Positions 59,051-64,000 of a stretch of 64,000 nucleotides of DNA are shown one piece after another. The translations under genes were made by a program, and so were the position numbers. The stretch comes from Candidatus Marinacidobacterales bacterium. GTDB lineage: Bacteria; Acidobacteriota; Vicinamibacteria; Marinacidobacterales; DATDRI01. Positions within the stretch are counted from its first letter, which is position 1; every line of letters starts with the position of its first letter. The DNA lies in NCBI GenBank assembly GCA_965226495.1, contig OZ245365.1, positions 3,456,001 through 3,520,000 on the forward strand, given 5' to 3'. The notes under the pieces were generated by a model that worked only from the letters and a program-made list of their open reading frames with translations, had not been told where the DNA came from and searched no databases.

Positions 59051-60766
59051 TTATTTTACGGTCTCGCGAACGACCTCATCGATGGTCGTTTGGCCGTCCG
59101 CAATCTTCTGGAGTCCGCTCCGCCTGAGCGTGAGCATGCCATCCTCGACCGCCTGCTTCTTGATTTCCATAGCCGAGGCACCCTCTAAGATCATCTGACG
59201 GATTTCGTCGGTACACTCCAGGACTTCGTAAAGACCTAGGCGCCCTTTGTATCCGGTATTGTTGCAGGTCGTGCAACCCTTGCCCTTGAAGATCGTAAGT
59301 TTCTTCGCCTGATCGGGCTCGAAGCCGACGTCGATAAGTGCCTGAGGAGGTACTTCCATAGGTCCCCGGCACTCCTTGCAGATCTTTCGCACCAACCGTT
59401 GAGCACAAATCAAGTGGACCGACGTCGCCACAAGAAACGGCTCGATACCCATGTTCATCAGTCGATTGATCGTTGAGGGAGCGTCGTTGGTGTGGAGGGT
59501 GGATAGTACCAAGTGGCCGGTCAACGCGGCTTTGACCGCAATTTCGGCCGTTTCGAAATCTCGAATCTCTCCGACTAAAACGATGTTGGGATCCTGACGG
59601 AGGAAGGACCGCAGGGCGGCCGCGAAGTTCAAGCCGATGGACTCCTTCATTTGCACCTGGTTGATGCCCACCAAGTTGAACTCCACCGGATCTTCGGCGG
59701 TCATAATGTTGGTTTCGGGCGTGTTCAGTCGGCTGATCGCGGAATAGAGTGTATTCGTCTTCCCGCTGCCGGTCGGTCCCGTCACCAGTACCATGCCCCA
59801 CGGCTTGAGGATGGCTTCTTCGAAATGCTTCAACGAGCCGACCTCGAACCCCAGCTTGGTCATGTCGAGCATCAAGTTCTCTTTGTCGAGCAATCGAAGC
59901 ACGACCTTCTCACCGAAGAGTGTGGGCAGGGTCGAGACGCGGTAATCGAGCTCTCGCATCTTGCCGTTGCTGTTCATTCGAATCTTGATTCGGCCATCTT
60001 GAGGGAGACGCTTCTCCGAGATATCGAGTTTGGCCATAATCTTGAGACGCGAAGTAATCGCGTCGCGAAGCTTCATCGGCGGGTTCATCACGACGTAGAG
60101 AACACCGTCGATGCGGAACCGCACGCGAAACTCCCGCTCGTACGGCTCGATGTGGATATCGCTCGCGCCCCGACGCAGCGCGTCGGTGAGGATCAAGTTG
60201 CAGAGTTTGACGACCGGAGCCTCTTCACTGGATCGTTCCAGCTCTTCGAGGTCGATGTCCGAAGATTCCTCAAGGACTTCGACGTCGCCGGCGTCGGTCT
60301 CGGCCAACTCGCTCATCACTTCCTTGAGCTGCAAGGAATGAGCGGAGCCGTAGTACCTGTCGATGGAATCCATGATGGCGGTTTCCGACGCGACGACCGG
60401 CTCGACGTTGTAGCCCGTCATGAACTTGATGTCATCCATCGCAAAAACATTCGTCGGATCGACCATCGCGATGGTCAAGTTGGCGCCTGCTCTGGAGAGC
60501 GGAATGATCTGATACTTCTGGGCAGTCTCGGCGGGCACGAGCTTGATGACGGTGGGATCGATCTCGAATCGCGCGAGATTGATGGCCGGAACGCCATACT
60601 GGCGAGACAGCAAGCCGGTGATCTCCTCATCCTTGACGAAGCCCAACTTGACGAGGTTGTACCCTAGCTTCCCACCGTGTTGTTTTTGATAAGTTAGGGC
60701 TTCTTGTAGCTGCTGGGGTGAAATCAGATTTTCCTTAACCAGCAGTTCGCCGAGCTTAATTGGCAT
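59051..60766 (-). CDS. pilB: Assembly ATPase PilB
   Basis: KLGELL N-terminus, ASDIHIEP, GPTGSGKT, LRQDP, Zn tetracysteine. Confidence 0.96.
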   Translation of the reverse strand: MPIKLGELLVKENLISPQQLQEALTYQKQHGGKLGYNLVKLGFVKDEEITGLLSRQYGVPAINLARFEIDPTVIKLVPAETAQKYQIIPLSRAGANLTIAMVDPTNVFAMDDIKFMTGYNVEPVVASETAIMDSIDRYYGSAHSLQLKEVMSELAETDAGDVEVLEESSDIDLEELERSSEEAPVVKLCNLILTDALRRGASDIHIEPYEREFRVRFRIDGVLYVVMNPPMKLRDAITSRLKIMAKLDISEKRLPQDGRIKIRMNSNGKMRELDYRVSTLPTLFGEKVVLRLLDKENLMLDMTKLGFEVGSLKHFEEAILKPWGMVLVTGPTGSGKTNTLYSAISRLNTPETNIMTAEDPVEFNLVGINQVQMKESIGLNFAAALRSFLRQDPNIVLVGEIRDFETAEIAVKAALTGHLVLSTLHTNDAPSTINRLMNMGIEPFLVATSVHLICAQRLVRKICKECRGPMEVPPQALIDVGFEPDQAKKLTIFKGKGCTTCNNTGYKGRLGLYEVLECTDEIRQMILEGASAMEIKKQAVEDGMLTLRRSGLQKIADGQTTIDEVVRETVK

Positions 60767-60973
60767 CCACTACTCCGCTCGAACTCGATCTGGCCGGAGG
60801 CCTTAAGTTTCTCTGTTCACTATGGATTACCGTGATAAAACACTTTAACCTCCGGGTCGAAAATTGTCAAGGGAGAACCCTTTGTCGGATGCCCGGGATG
60901 CCAGTTTTGGAGAGGCTTCCGGCTCGTCGGCAGGTCCAAACGTGCCCCAGGAAGGGTACGTTCCTGCCCCCGC

Positions 60974-62020
60974 TCAGCGGCTGAGACTGACCCCTAGCCA
61001 GAGGGCTCCTTGCCGCCTTTGTGTGCTCGTGATCACACCGAAATCGACGATCACCATGGCGATTCGAATGCCGCCCCCGAGAGAAACGCCCGGCCGTGCT
61101 AGAGAGCCGCCGGCGATCTCAGTCCTCAAGCCAGCGCGCACCGCCACACGCCGACTTCCCCATGCCTTTTCGACCCCGACCGAAAGCTCGCGCCAGTGCG
61201 CAATGCCGTCTAATCCCGAAAGAAAATTCCGAGACGTTAGATCGGCGTCCACCGCGACGAGAAAGTCAGACTCCATCATGAACGCCACGCCGGCGCGCGC
61301 ATGTCTGGGCAGAACAATCTCGTTGTCGCTTTCCGTGTGAAAGGTGGGCTCGGTGAGGTTACGAGCCATGAGACCGAGCCGGAGCCATTCGTTCGGTTGG
61401 TAGAGAAGACCGAGATCCAACCCAAACTCGTTCTCGGTCCGTCCCTCCCCCGCGGTAGCTCGATCCACGAGATCGCTCACGTTTCGGTTGGCGGGTGGCA
61501 CGAAGCTCGCCGGTTCACCCTGCTCGAAGGCTGTACCTCGGATGAATCTCGCGTTGACACCCACCGTCAACTCATCCAAAGGAAGCGATTGCACCAGCGT
61601 AACCGCAACATCCAGCGCCTCGAGTCCTCGAGAATGAAGTATGTCGTCCTCTAGAAAGGACGAGGTTTCCGTCAAACCAGTGACCGCAACACCCAGCATA
61701 GTGAAGCTAGCCGAAAACCCTATCCCATCGCCGCCATCGAGAACCGAGCGATCGCCGGGAAGCCCCTGACGCACGCCGTTCACCAGTTCGTTGCGGTCCT
61801 GAAAAGAAGTGCCGGCATAGAACCCGGCGCGAATGAGGTTTCCGTAGACGATTCCGGCCGGATTCCAATGAAAGGCCGTTGAATCGTCGGCGACCGCCGT
61901 AAAGGCACCCGCCAGGCCCGTTGCGCGGGCCCCCACCAACGGCGATGCCGTGTCGGCAGTGGCCGTGCGCGCCACGACAAAGAGACAAATCATTGAAATC
62001 ATTGCCGGGGCTCGCAACAT
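60974..62020 (-). CDS. TraF-like / PorV-like outer-membrane beta-barrel
   Basis: Signal peptide then GARATGLAGAFTAVADDSTAFHWNPAG; alternating beta pattern. Confidence 0.65.
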   Translation of the reverse strand: MLRAPAMISMICLFVVARTATADTASPLVGARATGLAGAFTAVADDSTAFHWNPAGIVYGNLIRAGFYAGTSFQDRNELVNGVRQGLPGDRSVLDGGDGIGFSASFTMLGVAVTGLTETSSFLEDDILHSRGLEALDVAVTLVQSLPLDELTVGVNARFIRGTAFEQGEPASFVPPANRNVSDLVDRATAGEGRTENEFGLDLGLLYQPNEWLRLGLMARNLTEPTFHTESDNEIVLPRHARAGVAFMMESDFLVAVDADLTSRNFLSGLDGIAHWRELSVGVEKAWGSRRVAVRAGLRTEIAGGSLARPGVSLGGGIRIAMVIVDFGVITSTQRRQGALWLGVSLSR

Positions 62021-62157
62021 CCGACCACTATAACTCTCGCTGGGAAACCGTTGCCAATGGGTGCGATGTTCAAGACGAAATCGTTGTTGACACCGAAGAT
62101 TCGACGAAGATATCATTGCGAGTGCGCTACAAAGTCACCGCAGTATTTTCTGGATGA

Positions 62158-64000
<1,843 letters not shown>

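Noticed and set aside
59651-60667. Long antisense ORFs (also 56189..56959, 19614..20396, 8924..9880, 10112..11098)
   Set aside because: Shadow frames of well-supported genes in GC-rich DNA
60974-62020. Conjugative element inferred from the TraF-like gene
   Set aside because: No relaxase, VirB4, integrase or att site in the window

Overview
GC-rich bacterial chromosome window; the gene content (type IV pilus locus with pilin-ABC-pilD layout, many TPR/HEAT envelope proteins, archaeal-type ProRS) suggests Acidobacteriota, but this is inference. 1-18 kb is housekeeping/envelope: FlhG/MinD ATPase, TPR and HEAT proteins, S41 protease, tatA-tatC, OmpA, pcm, proS, aroB, menG, argF and a disrupted arginine-synthetase-like gene. 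18.3-62 kb is an extended type IV pilus superlocus, mostly on the minus strand: pilB-pilT-pilC-pilS-pilR, rhodanese and MauE/DoxX, two six-cysteine major pilins, ABC transporter, TlpA, pilD, a sensor kinase, minor pilins (FimT/PilV/PilX/PilW-like) and a second sigma54 activator. A ~15 kb island of Thr-nucleophile alkaline-phosphatase-superfamily enzymes, PhnD-like lipoproteins and a YfhO glycosyltransferase interrupts it. The best candidate new system lies at the downstream end: a sigma54-driven three-gene RiPP-like operon (radical SAM/SPASM enzyme, a 59-aa three-Cys precursor missing from the ORF track, HprK-like P-loop protein). It shares a -24/-12 promoter type with three pilin operons. The window ends in kdsB and a partial pyrG. 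No rRNA, tRNA, CRISPR array or intact transposase was seen.
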